A stretch of 61,617 nucleotides of DNA from Bacillota bacterium. Its GTDB lineage: Bacteria; Bacillota; Limnochordia; Limnochordales; ZCTH02-B6. Location: NCBI GenBank assembly GCA_017578085.2, contig PKQR02000003.1:1-61617 (forward strand), given 5' to 3'. This document shows, piece after piece, positions 20,255 through 29,683 of the stretch; position 1 is the stretch's first letter, and each line of letters opens with the position of its first letter. Below the pieces are notes generated by a model, which saw nothing but the letters and a program-made list of their open reading frames with translations, ran no database searches and was not told the DNA's origin. Position numbers and translations under genes: made by a program.

Positions 20255-20599
20255 GTGAAAACCTTGGATTTCCTGGGAACCATCGTCCGGTTTGTGGTCT
20301 CGGCGCTGGTGCTGATGTTCGTCGGGTTTCTGGTGCCCGGCTTCGCGCCGTTGGGGTTTCTCAACGCGCTGTTGGCGGCCATCGTCATCGCCGCGCTGGG
20401 ATGGGTCATCGAAGCCACCATGGGCAAGCGGGTATCCCCGTTCGGCCGTGGGCTCGTCGGGTTCATCATCTCGGCGCTGGTCCTGTGGGCCACCCAGTTC
20501 TTCGTACCGGGCATGCAGGTGACGGTACTGGGGGCGCTCCTGGCGGCCTTGGTCATCGGGATCGTCGACCTGTTTGTGCCGACCACCATCAGCCGTTGA
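20255..20599 (+). CDS. 4-TM phage-holin-family (YvlD-like) membrane protein
   Basis: 114 aa with four hydrophobic segments and duplicated VPG(F/M)...ALLAA motif. Confidence 0.75.
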   Translation: MKTLDFLGTIVRFVVSALVLMFVGFLVPGFAPLGFLNALLAAIVIAALGWVIEATMGKRVSPFGRGLVGFIISALVLWATQFFVPGMQVTVLGALLAALVIGIVDLFVPTTISR

Positions 20600-20719
20600 A
20601 TCGCCGGCCCGTCAACCGCGCGGCGGACCGCCGAGCCAGCAACCGTGCGGCGCTCCGCGGCTGACCCTTGGCGCAGCGACGGCAAAAACTTCACCTCGCG
20701 GGCATGGGCGCAGGCTTCC

Positions 20720-20749
20720 TTCACTCCAGGCAAACGGCTGTGATATGAT
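20720..20749 (+). promoter_or_regulatory. Sigma-A promoter for lysA
   Basis: TTCACT-N18-TATGAT with extended TG. Confidence 0.55.
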
Positions 20750-20787
20750 GATTCAGTACGAGCCTGAGAGCGGGGGAGCTGACGCCC

Positions 20788-22152
20788 TTGCCCTTGCATG
20801 CCCATCTCACCGTCAACGACCGAGGACATCTCGAAATCGGCGGCTGCGACGCCGTGGAACTCGCCCGCCGGTACGGCACACCCCTGTACGTCTTGGACGA
20901 AGAACGGGTGCGGGCCGCGTGCCGGCAATACCTGAGCGCCCTCGCACGCCACTACCCCAAGGGTAAGATCGTTTACGCAGGCAAGGCGCTGCTCACCACG
21001 GGCGTCTGCCGCATCATCGCGTCCGAAGGTTTGTGCCTCGATGTGGTTTCCGGCGGCGAGCTGTACACCGCCCTCCAGGCCGGTTTCCCCCCGGAACGGA
21101 TTTACTTCCACGGCAACAACAAATCCGATGACGAGCTGCGTATGGGTTTGGCGGCGGGAGTCGGGAGGATCGTGGTGGACAGCGAGGCGGAGCTCGTGAG
21201 GCTCGACGAACTGGCCGCCGAAATGGGGCGCACCGCTGACATCCTCCTGCGGGTCACCCCCGGCGTCGAAGCCCACACCCACAGTTACATGAAGACGGGG
21301 CAGCTGGACTCGAAGTTTGGGATCCCCATCGCCGGCGGACTCGCCCTCGAGGCGGCCCGGCGGGCGGCCCGGTCGCCCCGTCTGCGCCTGAGGGGTTACC
21401 ACTGCCACATCGGATCGCAAATCCTCGACCTCACCGCGTTTGATATTACCGTTGGGTTGATGATGGAGTTCCTGGCCGAGGCCCAAGCCGCCACCGGCAT
21501 TCCTGCGGAGGAATTGGATCTGGGCGGCGGCCTCGGGATCCGCTACACGCCTGCCGACGACCCGCCGAGCCCGGATGAGTTGGTGAGAAGGCTTGGCGAC
21601 GCGCTCCGGCGGGAAGCCACAAGCCGCGGCGTGCCCTTGCCGGTGCTGGTGCTGGAACCCGGCCGCTCCATCGTGGGCGACGCCGGGATCACGCTCTATA
21701 CCGTCGGGTTCATCAAGCGGATTCCCGGCCTGCGCACCTACGTGGCCGTGGACGGGGGGATGGCCGACAACCCCCGGGTCGCCCTCTACCAGGCGCGGTA
21801 CACCGTCGTCGTGGCCAACAAGGCGGCCGAGGAGCCGGCGGAGATCGTCTCCATCGCCGGGAAGTGCTGCGAAACCGGCGACATGCTGGTATTTGACGCG
21901 CCTGTGCCTCCGCTGGCCCGCGGCGACGTGCTGGCGGTGCTCAGCACCGGGGCGTACAACTACTCCATGGCCAGCCACTACAACCGCCTGCCCAAACCGG
22001 CGATGGTGCTGGTCAGCCAAGGGCGCCACGCCCTGCTGGTGGAACGGGAGACCTACGACGACCTGCTGCGCCAGGACCGCGTGCCCCCTTGGCTGGAGCC
22101 GGCGGCGCCCCAGGCGGCCGGGGCTTGCGGCAGCCGGGAGGTGCAGGCGTGA
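20788..22152 (+). CDS. lysA: Diaminopimelate decarboxylase
   Basis: YGTPLY, YAGKA, HCHIGSQ, EPGRS, GKCCETGD and GAYNYSM motifs. Confidence 0.96.
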   Translation: MPLHAHLTVNDRGHLEIGGCDAVELARRYGTPLYVLDEERVRAACRQYLSALARHYPKGKIVYAGKALLTTGVCRIIASEGLCLDVVSGGELYTALQAGFPPERIYFHGNNKSDDELRMGLAAGVGRIVVDSEAELVRLDELAAEMGRTADILLRVTPGVEAHTHSYMKTGQLDSKFGIPIAGGLALEAARRAARSPRLRLRGYHCHIGSQILDLTAFDITVGLMMEFLAEAQAATGIPAEELDLGGGLGIRYTPADDPPSPDELVRRLGDALRREATSRGVPLPVLVLEPGRSIVGDAGITLYTVGFIKRIPGLRTYVAVDGGMADNPRVALYQARYTVVVANKAAEEPAEIVSIAGKCCETGDMLVFDAPVPPLARGDVLAVLSTGAYNYSMASHYNRLPKPAMVLVSQGRHALLVERETYDDLLRQDRVPPWLEPAAPQAAGACGSREVQA

Positions 22153-22757
22153 GGGGGTTGGAGGCGTGGATACTGCGGGCGGCAGCCGTGCTCTTGGTAC
22201 TGGCGATCCACGAGTATGCCCACGCTGCCGTCGCCGTTCGCCTAGGTGACCCCCGCCCGAAATTTGACGGGCGGCTGACGCTGAACCCGCTCGCGCACCT
22301 GGACCCTATCGGCACGCTCATGCTGCTCTTTTTCGGGTTTGGCTGGGCCAAGCCCGTCATCGTGGACCCGACGCGGTTCAAAAACCCGCGCCGGGACATG
22401 ATGTGGGTCGCCCTGGCGGGACCCGCGGCCAACCTGCTCTTGGCCTTTGTCATGGCGCGGGTCTACCCGTTTCTGGTAACCGGCCTGCCCGCCAACTGGG
22501 CCTGGGCGGTGCGGGGATTCTTCCAGGTTACGATCACCCTCAACATTTGGCTGGCGGTGTTCAACCTCTTGCCGCTGCCGCCCTTGGACGGCAGCAAGGT
22601 GCTGGCCGGCCTCGTTCCCAGGCGGTGGGCCTTCCGCCTTTACAACCTGGAGACGTATGGGACCGTCGTGTTGCTGCTATTGATCGTGTCCGGGATGGTC
22701 AGCCGCGTCCTTTGGCCCGCGTACCGGGCGGTAGCGTGGCTGATCCTGGGAGGCTGA
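22149..22757 (+). CDS. Site-2 protease family (M50) membrane metalloprotease
   Basis: HEYAH, LAGPAAN and FNLLPLPPLDGS motifs; GTG overlaps the lysA stop. Confidence 0.92.
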   Translation: MRGLEAWILRAAAVLLVLAIHEYAHAAVAVRLGDPRPKFDGRLTLNPLAHLDPIGTLMLLFFGFGWAKPVIVDPTRFKNPRRDMMWVALAGPAANLLLAFVMARVYPFLVTGLPANWAWAVRGFFQVTITLNIWLAVFNLLPLPPLDGSKVLAGLVPRRWAFRLYNLETYGTVVLLLLIVSGMVSRVLWPAYRAVAWLILGG

Positions 22758-22764
22758 CGTCCCG

Positions 22765-23541
22765 GTGTACCAAGTGCGCCTGGCGGTCTTCGAAGGCCCG
22801 CTGGACCTCTTGCTGCACCTCATCGAGCAGCAGCAGGTGGACATCTGGCAGGTGTCCATGGCCCAAGTGGCCGAGCAGTACCTCGAGTTCCTGAGCCAGG
22901 TGCCGGCCGTCGAGCTCGAGGAAGCCGGCGAGTACCTGGTGATGGCGGCGCTCCTGGTGCGGATCAAGGCCCGCCACCTCCTGCCTGAGCGAAAGGAGCA
23001 AGACGAACCCGAGGAGGACGAGGCCGCCCTGGAAGCGGCCCTGCTGGCCCGGGTGGCCGAGTACCGGCGCTACAAGGAAGCCGCGGCGCGCCTTGAGCAA
23101 TTGGCGGCGGCCAACGCCCGCCTGTTCCGGCGACCCCCTGTCTTGCCCGCGGCCAATCCCGCGCCGGCCGGCCCGCCGCCTGGGCTGACCGCGGAAACGC
23201 TGGCGCGCGCCTTTGCCGCGGTGCTCGGGCGGCGGCCGCCGGAGCCGCCGCCTCCACCACCGCCCCGGCCGGTAAATTTGCGGGCTGCCATCGGTCGCTT
23301 GTTAGGTGCGCTGCGCCGGGCAGGGGGGCGCCTGGGCTTCTGGCAGCTGTTCCGGCCCAGGGCGACGCGGTGGGACTGGATCGTGAACTTTTTAGCGTTG
23401 CTTGAGCTGGTGCGCCAGGGCCGCGTCCGGGTGCGCCAGCCGGCCCCGCTGGCCGAGTTTGACGTGGAGATGCGGGAGGACCAGGAGACGGACGGGCTCG
23501 GGCATGCGCCAGCCCAGCCGTGGCTGCAAGGGGAATCGTGA
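22765..23541 (+). CDS. scpA: Segregation and condensation protein A
   Basis: FEGPLDLLLHLI and FLALLEL motifs. Confidence 0.94.
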   Translation: MYQVRLAVFEGPLDLLLHLIEQQQVDIWQVSMAQVAEQYLEFLSQVPAVELEEAGEYLVMAALLVRIKARHLLPERKEQDEPEEDEAALEAALLARVAEYRRYKEAAARLEQLAAANARLFRRPPVLPAANPAPAGPPPGLTAETLARAFAAVLGRRPPEPPPPPPPRPVNLRAAIGRLLGALRRAGGRLGFWQLFRPRATRWDWIVNFLALLELVRQGRVRVRQPAPLAEFDVEMREDQETDGLGHAPAQPWLQGES

Positions 23542-23542
23542 C

Positions 23543-24109
23543 GTGGAGCAGACGTTCATCCCAGAAACCCTGGAGCGGCTTATGGCCGCGCTGGAAGCCA
23601 TCCTGTTCGCGAGCCCTGAACCCGTCCCCACCGACAGTCTCGTCCGCCTGACGGGTTGGGATGGGGAGGGAGTACAGGCCGCTTTGCGTCTCCTCCGCCA
23701 GCGGCTGGAGGCCTCCGATCGCGGGCTGTGCCTGCTGCAGGTGGCCGGCGGCTGGCAGTTGGCCACGAAGCCCGAATTCGCGGGCCTCATCAGCTCCCTT
23801 CTGGAGCCGCGCCCGCCCGCGCCCCTTTCCCAGGCGGCCCTCGAGACGCTGGCCATCATCGCGTACCGCCAGCCCATCACCCGGGCGGAGATCGAGCAAC
23901 TGCGGGGCGTGCGGGTGGATTCGGCGCTGCAGTCGTTGTTGGAGCGGGAACTGGTTGAAGAGGCGGGCCGGGCCGACGCTCCGGGACGGCCGATCCTTTA
24001 CCGCACGACGCAGCGGTTTCTGGAGTGGACGGGCCTCAACTCCTTGGCGGACTTGCCGCCGTTGCCGGAGGAACCCCCGCATAGTCCGCCTGCCGGTGGG
24101 TCAGATTAA
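23543..24109 (+). CDS. scpB: Segregation and condensation protein B
   Basis: LEAILF, LSQAALETLAIIAYRQPITRAEIEQLRGV and LADLP motifs. Confidence 0.95.
   Translation: MEQTFIPETLERLMAALEAILFASPEPVPTDSLVRLTGWDGEGVQAALRLLRQRLEASDRGLCLLQVAGGWQLATKPEFAGLISSLLEPRPPAPLSQAALETLAIIAYRQPITRAEIEQLRGVRVDSALQSLLERELVEEAGRADAPGRPILYRTTQRFLEWTGLNSLADLPPLPEEPPHSPPAGGSD
24079..24108 (+). promoter_or_regulatory. Sigma-F-type promoter for ytfJ/gerW
   Basis: GCATA-N15-GGTCAGATTA fits GYATA-N15-GGnnAnAnTR. Confidence 0.6.
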
Positions 24110-24162
24110 CGCGCGACAGCCGGCCGCAACGCGCGACATTTTGGCCCGAGGGGAGAGCGGAC

Positions 24163-24579
24163 GTGAACGAACACCACCCCATCGAAGGCTTAATGCAGAC
24201 GGCCATGGAAAGCCTAAAGGCCATGGCGGACGTAAACACCATCCTGGGCGACCCGGTGGAGACGCCTGACGGAAGCGTCATCGTACCGGTGTCCCGGGTT
24301 TCCATCGGCTTCGCGGCAGGGGGGACGGAGTTCGAAGTCGAAAACCGCCGCGACGGCGGCGGCTTTCCCTTTGGCGGGGGCAGCGGTGCCGGCATCTCGC
24401 TGCAGCCGGTGGCGTTTCTCGTGGTGGGGCAGGGGCAGATCCGCCTGCTGCCCATCGATGGCAACACGATCATGGATCGGTTGCTCGACATCGCGCCCAA
24501 AGTCATGGACCAGCTGCAAGGCATGCTGAGCAACGGGCGCAAGCGCTCGGCTGCCGAGCCTGCACCGGCGACCACCTAG
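24163..24579 (+). CDS. ytfJ: Sporulation protein YtfJ (GerW)
   Basis: HPIEGLMQTAMESL, IVPVSRVSIGFAAGG and PFGGGSGAG motifs. Confidence 0.93.
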   Translation: MNEHHPIEGLMQTAMESLKAMADVNTILGDPVETPDGSVIVPVSRVSIGFAAGGTEFEVENRRDGGGFPFGGGSGAGISLQPVAFLVVGQGQIRLLPIDGNTIMDRLLDIAPKVMDQLQGMLSNGRKRSAAEPAPATT

Positions 24580-24648
24580 CCCTCATTAGGTCAGCCTCGG
24601 ATCAGAGGCTCCGCGCCGTCTTCAACAAACCCCTGGGGTGGATTTCCT

Positions 24649-25374
24649 CTGGCAGCGGAGCGGCTGCAAAAGTACATGGCTCGCTGCGGCGTCGCGTCCC
24701 GGCGCGCCTGCGAGCAGCTCATCGTGGCCGGGCGCGTCCAGGTCAACGGGCGCACCGTACGGGAGCTTGGGGTCAAGGTAGACCCGGACCGGGATGAGGT
24801 GCGGGTCGACGGGCGCGTCATCCGCCCGCCGTCGAAACTCCTTTATTACATGCTGAACAAGCCGGCGGGGTACGTGACGACGGTCTCGGACCCCCAGGGC
24901 CGCCCGACGGTGATGAGCCTCGTGCCCTCCGAAGACCGCCTCTATCCGGTGGGACGGCTGGACCTGGACACCGAGGGCCTGCTCCTTTTGACCAATGACG
25001 GGCCGCTGGCCCACCGCCTGACCCACCCGCGGTACGGCGTGCGCAAGCTGTACCGGGCCAAGGTGGCCGGGGTCGTCGGGGCGGAGGCCGTCGCCCGGCT
25101 CGAGCAGGGTGTGCTCCTAGAGGACGGGCCGACCGCCCCCGCCCGGGTGCGCGTCATCCGGCAGGACAAGGAAACCGCGGTGCTTGAAATCGAACTGGCC
25201 GAAGGGCGCAAGCGGCAAGTGCGCCGCATGTGCCAGGCGGTCGGCCATCCGGTGCTGTACCTCAAGCGCATCGGGTTTGGGCCCTTGCGGCTGGGCCGGC
25301 TGCCGGTAGGCGCCTACCGCCCCCTGACCGACGCAGAAGTGGCCGCCCTGCGGCGCGCTGCGCAGCTGGCCTAG
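24649..25374 (+). CDS. rluB: 23S rRNA pseudouridine synthase (RluB family)
   Basis: S4 motif ERLQKYMARCGVASRR and GRLDLDTEGLLLLTNDG; conserved N-terminus lies upstream of the first ATG, implying CTG start at 24649. Confidence 0.92.
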   Translation: MAAERLQKYMARCGVASRRACEQLIVAGRVQVNGRTVRELGVKVDPDRDEVRVDGRVIRPPSKLLYYMLNKPAGYVTTVSDPQGRPTVMSLVPSEDRLYPVGRLDLDTEGLLLLTNDGPLAHRLTHPRYGVRKLYRAKVAGVVGAEAVARLEQGVLLEDGPTAPARVRVIRQDKETAVLEIELAEGRKRQVRRMCQAVGHPVLYLKRIGFGPLRLGRLPVGAYRPLTDAEVAALRRAAQLA

Positions 25375-25403
25375 ACCGGGTGTCAATTCCTAAGCTCCGC
25401 CGG

Positions 25404-25433
25404 TTTACAATTCCCCCGTACCCGTGGTAAAAT
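25404..25433 (+). promoter_or_regulatory. Sigma-A promoter for the hutP-aro operon
   Basis: TTTACA-N18-TAAAAT with extended TG. Confidence 0.65.
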
Positions 25434-25446
25434 GTGCACAACCTCT

Positions 25447-25468
25447 GGCAGGACGGCAGGACGGCAGG
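25447..25468 (+). repeat. GGCAGGAC tandem repeat (three CAG triplets) in the hutP leader
   Basis: ggcaggac ggcaggac ggcagg just after the predicted TSS. Confidence 0.7.
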
Positions 25469-25565
25469 TGCGCGGTTGGCCTTCCATGGAATCCTTTCCG
25501 CGTCGAGTTAAGGAACGCACGGCGGTCCCGGCGCGTGTGCGGGGGCTAGAAGGGCGGATGCGCCC

Positions 25566-25982
25566 GTGAACGAAGCCACAAGCCGCAAGGTGGCCCGGGC
25601 GGCCCTGCTCATGGCCTTGAGCGAGGACCACGGGGAAGAACAAGCGCAAAAGCGTGTCCTTGCCACCAGCGGCATCCGGGCCACGGCGGTCGATTTCGGG
25701 GGCGATTTCACCGCCTCGGTGCGCCGGGTCATCGAGCGGGCAGTGGTCGCGGCCAAGCGGGAAGGCGTCATCAGCCCGACCCACGCTGAGGAGGGCGCGG
25801 TGGCCGGGGCCACCCATGAGGCCTTGCTGCAGGTCGGGCTTAAGGCCGTCGGCTTGAGCGTCGGCGGCAAGATCGGCATCGCCCGCAAGGACGACCACGT
25901 CGCGGTCGCGATTTTCATGGGCATTGGTCTCTTGCACCTGGATGAAGTGGCCGTCGGCCTGGCCCACCGGGCCGTCTCCTAG
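25566..25982 (+). CDS. HutP-family RNA-binding regulator
   Basis: 138 aa; IERAVVAAKREG, GAVAGATHEA, GGKIGIAR and GLAHR match the clostridial HutP-like pattern. Confidence 0.8.
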   Translation: MNEATSRKVARAALLMALSEDHGEEQAQKRVLATSGIRATAVDFGGDFTASVRRVIERAVVAAKREGVISPTHAEEGAVAGATHEALLQVGLKAVGLSVGGKIGIARKDDHVAVAIFMGIGLLHLDEVAVGLAHRAVS

Positions 25983-26009
25983 TTTCCAAAGGGAAGGGAC
26001 TGGATCGCC

Positions 26010-27545
26010 ATGGCAGAAACGGCTGTACGGGGCCTGCGGGGGGCGACCGTCGCTTCGGCCAATACCCCGGAAGCCATCGGCGCCGCCACCAAGGAGTTGG
26101 TGCAGGCGCTACTCGCGGAAAACGACATCGATTTGGAATCCATCGCGAGCATCATCTTCACCGTTACCGGCGACCTGGACGCCCAGTTTCCGGCGTTGGC
26201 GGCAAGGGAGTTGGGACTGCACCAGGTGCCGCTGTTGTGCGCCCGGGAAATCGACGTTCCCGGCAGCCTGCCCCGCTGCATCCGGGTGCTGATGCATGTC
26301 AACACCACCAAGAGCCAAAAGGAAATGCGCCACGTCTACTTGCGGGAAGCCCGGGCACTGCGGCCTGATCTGCAGGTCAACGGTGCCGTTCCGGGCGCCG
26401 CGCCGGCGTATCCCCAGCCCCGGCCGGCTATCGCCCGCATCGAGCCCTATGAGCCTGGGAAACCCATCGAGGAAGTCCGCCGGGAGCTGGGGCTGTCGGA
26501 CATCATCAAGCTCGCGTCCAACGAAAATCCCCTAGGTCCTTCGCCCCGGGCCGTGGCGGCGGTACGCGACGCGCTGGAAAAGCTTCACATTTACCCGGAC
26601 GGCGCGGCTAGGGCGTTGCGGGAGGCGCTCAGCCATCGTCTGGGCCTGCCTGTGGAGCAGCTCCTCGTAGGCAACGGCTCGGACGGGATCATCAAACTCC
26701 TGGCCGAGGCGTACCTCGAGCCCGGGGACGAGATCGTCTGCGCCCACCCGACATTCAGCCAGTACGCCTTCGCGGCCCGGCTCATGGGCGCGCGGGAAGT
26801 GCTCGTGCCCCTCAAGGATATGCGCCACGATCTCGAGGCCATGGCGGCCGCCATCGGGCCGAGAACCAAGGCGGTCTTCATCTGCAATCCCAACAACCCG
26901 ACGGGCACGACCGTCACTGAGGCGGAGTTCGCCGCCTTCATGGCCAAGGTTCCCCGCCACGTGCTGGTCGTGCTGGACGAGGCGTACCAGGAGTATGTCG
27001 AGAACCCGGACACCGTGCAGGGGCGGCGGTGGGTCGATGACCAGGGTCACAACGTGCTCGTCCTGCGTACCTTTTCTAAAATTTACGGCCTCGCGGCCCT
27101 GCGGGTGGGCTACTGTATGGGGCCGGCGCCCGTCATCGCCGCGCTAAAGCGAGTGCAGGAGCCCTTCCAGACCAACGCCCTGGCGCAGATCGCCGCCCTC
27201 GCGGCCTTGTCGGACGAAGAGCACGTGAGCGAGAGCCGGCGGGTCAACCAGGAGGGGAAGCGGTATTTCTACCGGCGCCTAGAGGAGCTGGGGCTAAAGT
27301 ACGTGCCGACGGAGGCCAACTTTATCCTGATCGACGTCGGCCGCGACAGCCGGGCGGTGTTCCAGGAGCTCTTGCGTCACGGCGTCATCGTGCGGGCAGG
27401 GGCAGCCTTCGGCCTACCGACCCACCTGCGGGTCACCATCGGCACGCAAGAGCAAAACGAGCGGTTCTTTGCGGCCTTGGCCGCGGTGCTTAGCCAGCCG
27501 GTGCCCAAGGGCCAGGGGGCTGGGAAGGAGGAGTTGCCGCAATGA
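26010..27545 (+). CDS. Fused AroH-type chorismate mutase + HisC-family aminotransferase
   Basis: N-terminal [20 protein letters not shown] and [14 protein letters not shown]; then [19 protein letters not shown] and [16 protein letters not shown]; one uninterrupted 511-aa ORF. Confidence 0.92.
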   Translation: MAETAVRGLRGATVASANTPEAIGAATKELVQALLAENDIDLESIASIIFTVTGDLDAQFPALAARELGLHQVPLLCAREIDVPGSLPRCIRVLMHVNTTKSQKEMRHVYLREARALRPDLQVNGAVPGAAPAYPQPRPAIARIEPYEPGKPIEEVRRELGLSDIIKLASNENPLGPSPRAVAAVRDALEKLHIYPDGAARALREALSHRLGLPVEQLLVGNGSDGIIKLLAEAYLEPGDEIVCAHPTFSQYAFAARLMGAREVLVPLKDMRHDLEAMAAAIGPRTKAVFICNPNNPTGTTVTEAEFAAFMAKVPRHVLVVLDEAYQEYVENPDTVQGRRWVDDQGHNVLVLRTFSKIYGLAALRVGYCMGPAPVIAALKRVQEPFQTNALAQIAALAALSDEEHVSESRRVNQEGKRYFYRRLEELGLKYVPTEANFILIDVGRDSRAVFQELLRHGVIVRAGAAFGLPTHLRVTIGTQEQNERFFAALAAVLSQPVPKGQGAGKEELPQ

Positions 27546-28570
27546 TCGTGGTAATGCGCAAAGGAGCCAGCGAAGACGACATCCAGCGAGTCATGGAACG
27601 CCTGCGGGAGTTGGGCTTTTCGGTCCACCTGTCCCGGGGTGTGGAGCGCACGGTGATCGGAGCCATCGGCGACAAGAAGCCCGAACGGGTGCAACAGATC
27701 GAGGCGATGGAGGGAGTGGAAAAAATCGTCCACATCCTCCAGCCCTACAAGCTGGCCGGGCGTGAGTTTCATCCCGAGCCGTCGGTCGTGTCCGTCGGGC
27801 CCGTGCGGGTGGGCCCCGATACGCTGACGGTCATCGCCGGCCCGTGCGCGGTGGAGAGCGAAGAGCAGATCTTGACCGTCGCCGAAGCGGTCAAGGAAGC
27901 CGGTGCGACCATGCTCCGGGGCGGCGCCTTCAAACCCCGCACGTCGCCCTACTCCTTCCAGGGACTGGCCGAGGAGGGCCTCAAGCTCTTGGCCTTGGCC
28001 CGGGAGCGCACGGGGCTGCCCGTCGTCACGGAGGTCATGAATCCGCAGGACGTGGAGTTGGTGGCCTCCTACGCCGACGTCCTGCAGATCGGTGCCCGGA
28101 ACATGCAAAACTTCCCCCTGCTGCGCGAAGTAGGGCGCACCAACAAGCCGGTCCTGCTCAAGCGCGGGCTGGCGGCCACCATCGAAGAATGGCTGATGGC
28201 AGCGGAGTACATCATGAGCGCGGGCAACCACAATGTTATCTTGTGCGAGCGGGGCATCCGGACGTTTGAAACCGCGACCCGCAACACCCTCGACCTCAAC
28301 GCGGTGCCCGTGGTCAAGCACTTGAGCCACCTGCCCATCATCGTCGACCCGTCCCACGGGACGGGCAAGTGGCCGTACGTCATTCCCATGGCGCGGGCGG
28401 CGGTGGCGGCAGGCGCCGACGGGCTTATTGTTGAGGTGCACCCGCGGCCGGAGGAGGCTGTCTCCGACGGGCAGCAGTCGCTGAAGCCCGAGAAGTTCCG
28501 CGAGCTGATGCAGGAGGTGAGCGCCATCGCGGCGGTGCTGGGACGCCAGTTAACGCCGGCGATGGCTTGA
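27542..28570 (+). CDS. aroF: DAHP synthase (type I-beta with N-terminal regulatory domain)
   Basis: [27 protein letters not shown] and DPSHGTG motifs. Confidence 0.95.
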   Translation: MIVVMRKGASEDDIQRVMERLRELGFSVHLSRGVERTVIGAIGDKKPERVQQIEAMEGVEKIVHILQPYKLAGREFHPEPSVVSVGPVRVGPDTLTVIAGPCAVESEEQILTVAEAVKEAGATMLRGGAFKPRTSPYSFQGLAEEGLKLLALARERTGLPVVTEVMNPQDVELVASYADVLQIGARNMQNFPLLREVGRTNKPVLLKRGLAATIEEWLMAAEYIMSAGNHNVILCERGIRTFETATRNTLDLNAVPVVKHLSHLPIIVDPSHGTGKWPYVIPMARAAVAAGADGLIVEVHPRPEEAVSDGQQSLKPEKFRELMQEVSAIAAVLGRQLTPAMA

Positions 28571-28571
28571 T

Positions 28572-29669
28572 GTGGGCTTTTCGGTGGCCATCGTAGGGCT
28601 TGGGCTGATGGGCGGGTCCCTGGGGATGGCCTTGTGCCGGGCGCCGGGCATCGACCGCGTCTGGGGGATCGCCCGCCGGGCCGACACGGTGGCGGAAGCC
28701 GTCGCCCTGGGCGCGGTGCACGGGGGCACCACGGATCTGCGGGAAGGGGTACAGGGGGCGGACGTGGTCGTTTTCGCGACGCCGGTGCGCGCCATTCCCG
28801 ACCTGGTGGCCGAAGCGGCCCCTGCCCTGGCTCCCGGCACCGTGGTGACCGACGTGGGCAGCACCAAGGCCGAGCTGTGCCGCACGGTGCCGCCGCTTTT
28901 GCCGCCGGGGGTCGAGTACGTGGGCGGCCATCCCATGTGTGGGTCGGAACGCACGGGCCTGGAGGCCGCGGATCCTTACCTTTACCAAAACGCGGTCTAC
29001 ATCGTGACGCCTCTGCGCCCCGACCAGCCGGGGCTCTCCCGGGTGCTGGCGATGGTGGAGGCGGTCGGGGCCCAGCCCTTGATCCTGGACGCGGAACAGC
29101 ACGACCGGGCCGTGGCCGCGGTCAGCCATCTGCCCCATCTGGTGGCGACTGCCCTGGTGCTGGCCGTGGCGCAGGCGGCCGCTCGTGATCCGCATCTGCT
29201 GGCCCTAGCTGCCGGCGGTTTCCGGGACACGACCCGGGTCGCGTCGGGCGATCCCGTCATGTGGCGGGACATCTGCCTGACCAACCGCGGGCCGATCCTG
29301 GAGATGATCGATCTCTTCCGCGACGCCCTGGAGGCGGCCCGCCGCGCCGTGGAGAGCGGGGACGGCGACGCCCTCATGCAGCACATGGCCGAGGCGCGCG
29401 CGGTGCGGGAGCAGCTGCCCCGGCACCGGAAAGGCATCCTCAGCCCCATGCGCGAGCTCGTGGTGCACTTGGTCGATCGGCCGGGCGCGATCCACGAGGT
29501 GACCGGGTGCATCGCGGCGAAGGGGATCAATATAAAGGATATCGAGATCCTGCGGGTCAGGGAGGGCGAGGGCGGCACCCTGCGTCTCGCCTTTGCCACC
29601 GACGACGACTTGGAGCAGGCCCTGGAGGAGCTCGAGCAGCGGGGTTTCCAGGCGCGCCGCAGGGGATAG
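28572..29669 (+). CDS. tyrA: Prephenate/arogenate dehydrogenase with C-terminal ACT domain
   Basis: GLGLMGGS, DVGSTK, GGHPM, SHLPH, GFRDTTRVA and DRPG motifs. Confidence 0.94.
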   Translation: MGFSVAIVGLGLMGGSLGMALCRAPGIDRVWGIARRADTVAEAVALGAVHGGTTDLREGVQGADVVVFATPVRAIPDLVAEAAPALAPGTVVTDVGSTKAELCRTVPPLLPPGVEYVGGHPMCGSERTGLEAADPYLYQNAVYIVTPLRPDQPGLSRVLAMVEAVGAQPLILDAEQHDRAVAAVSHLPHLVATALVLAVAQAAARDPHLLALAAGGFRDTTRVASGDPVMWRDICLTNRGPILEMIDLFRDALEAARRAVESGDGDALMQHMAEARAVREQLPRHRKGILSPMRELVVHLVDRPGAIHEVTGCIAAKGINIKDIEILRVREGEGGTLRLAFATDDDLEQALEELEQRGFQARRRG

Positions 29670-29683
29670 GAGTCGCAAGCGAT

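Noticed and set aside
20255-20599. Prophage suggested by the holin-family gene
   Set aside because: No endolysin, structural, terminase or integrase genes nearby; this family is often chromosomal
29261-29683. TyrA-Cmk fusion or long Cmk N-terminus
   Set aside because: The frames differ, tyrA has its own stop, and cmk has a plausible SD and TTG at 29684
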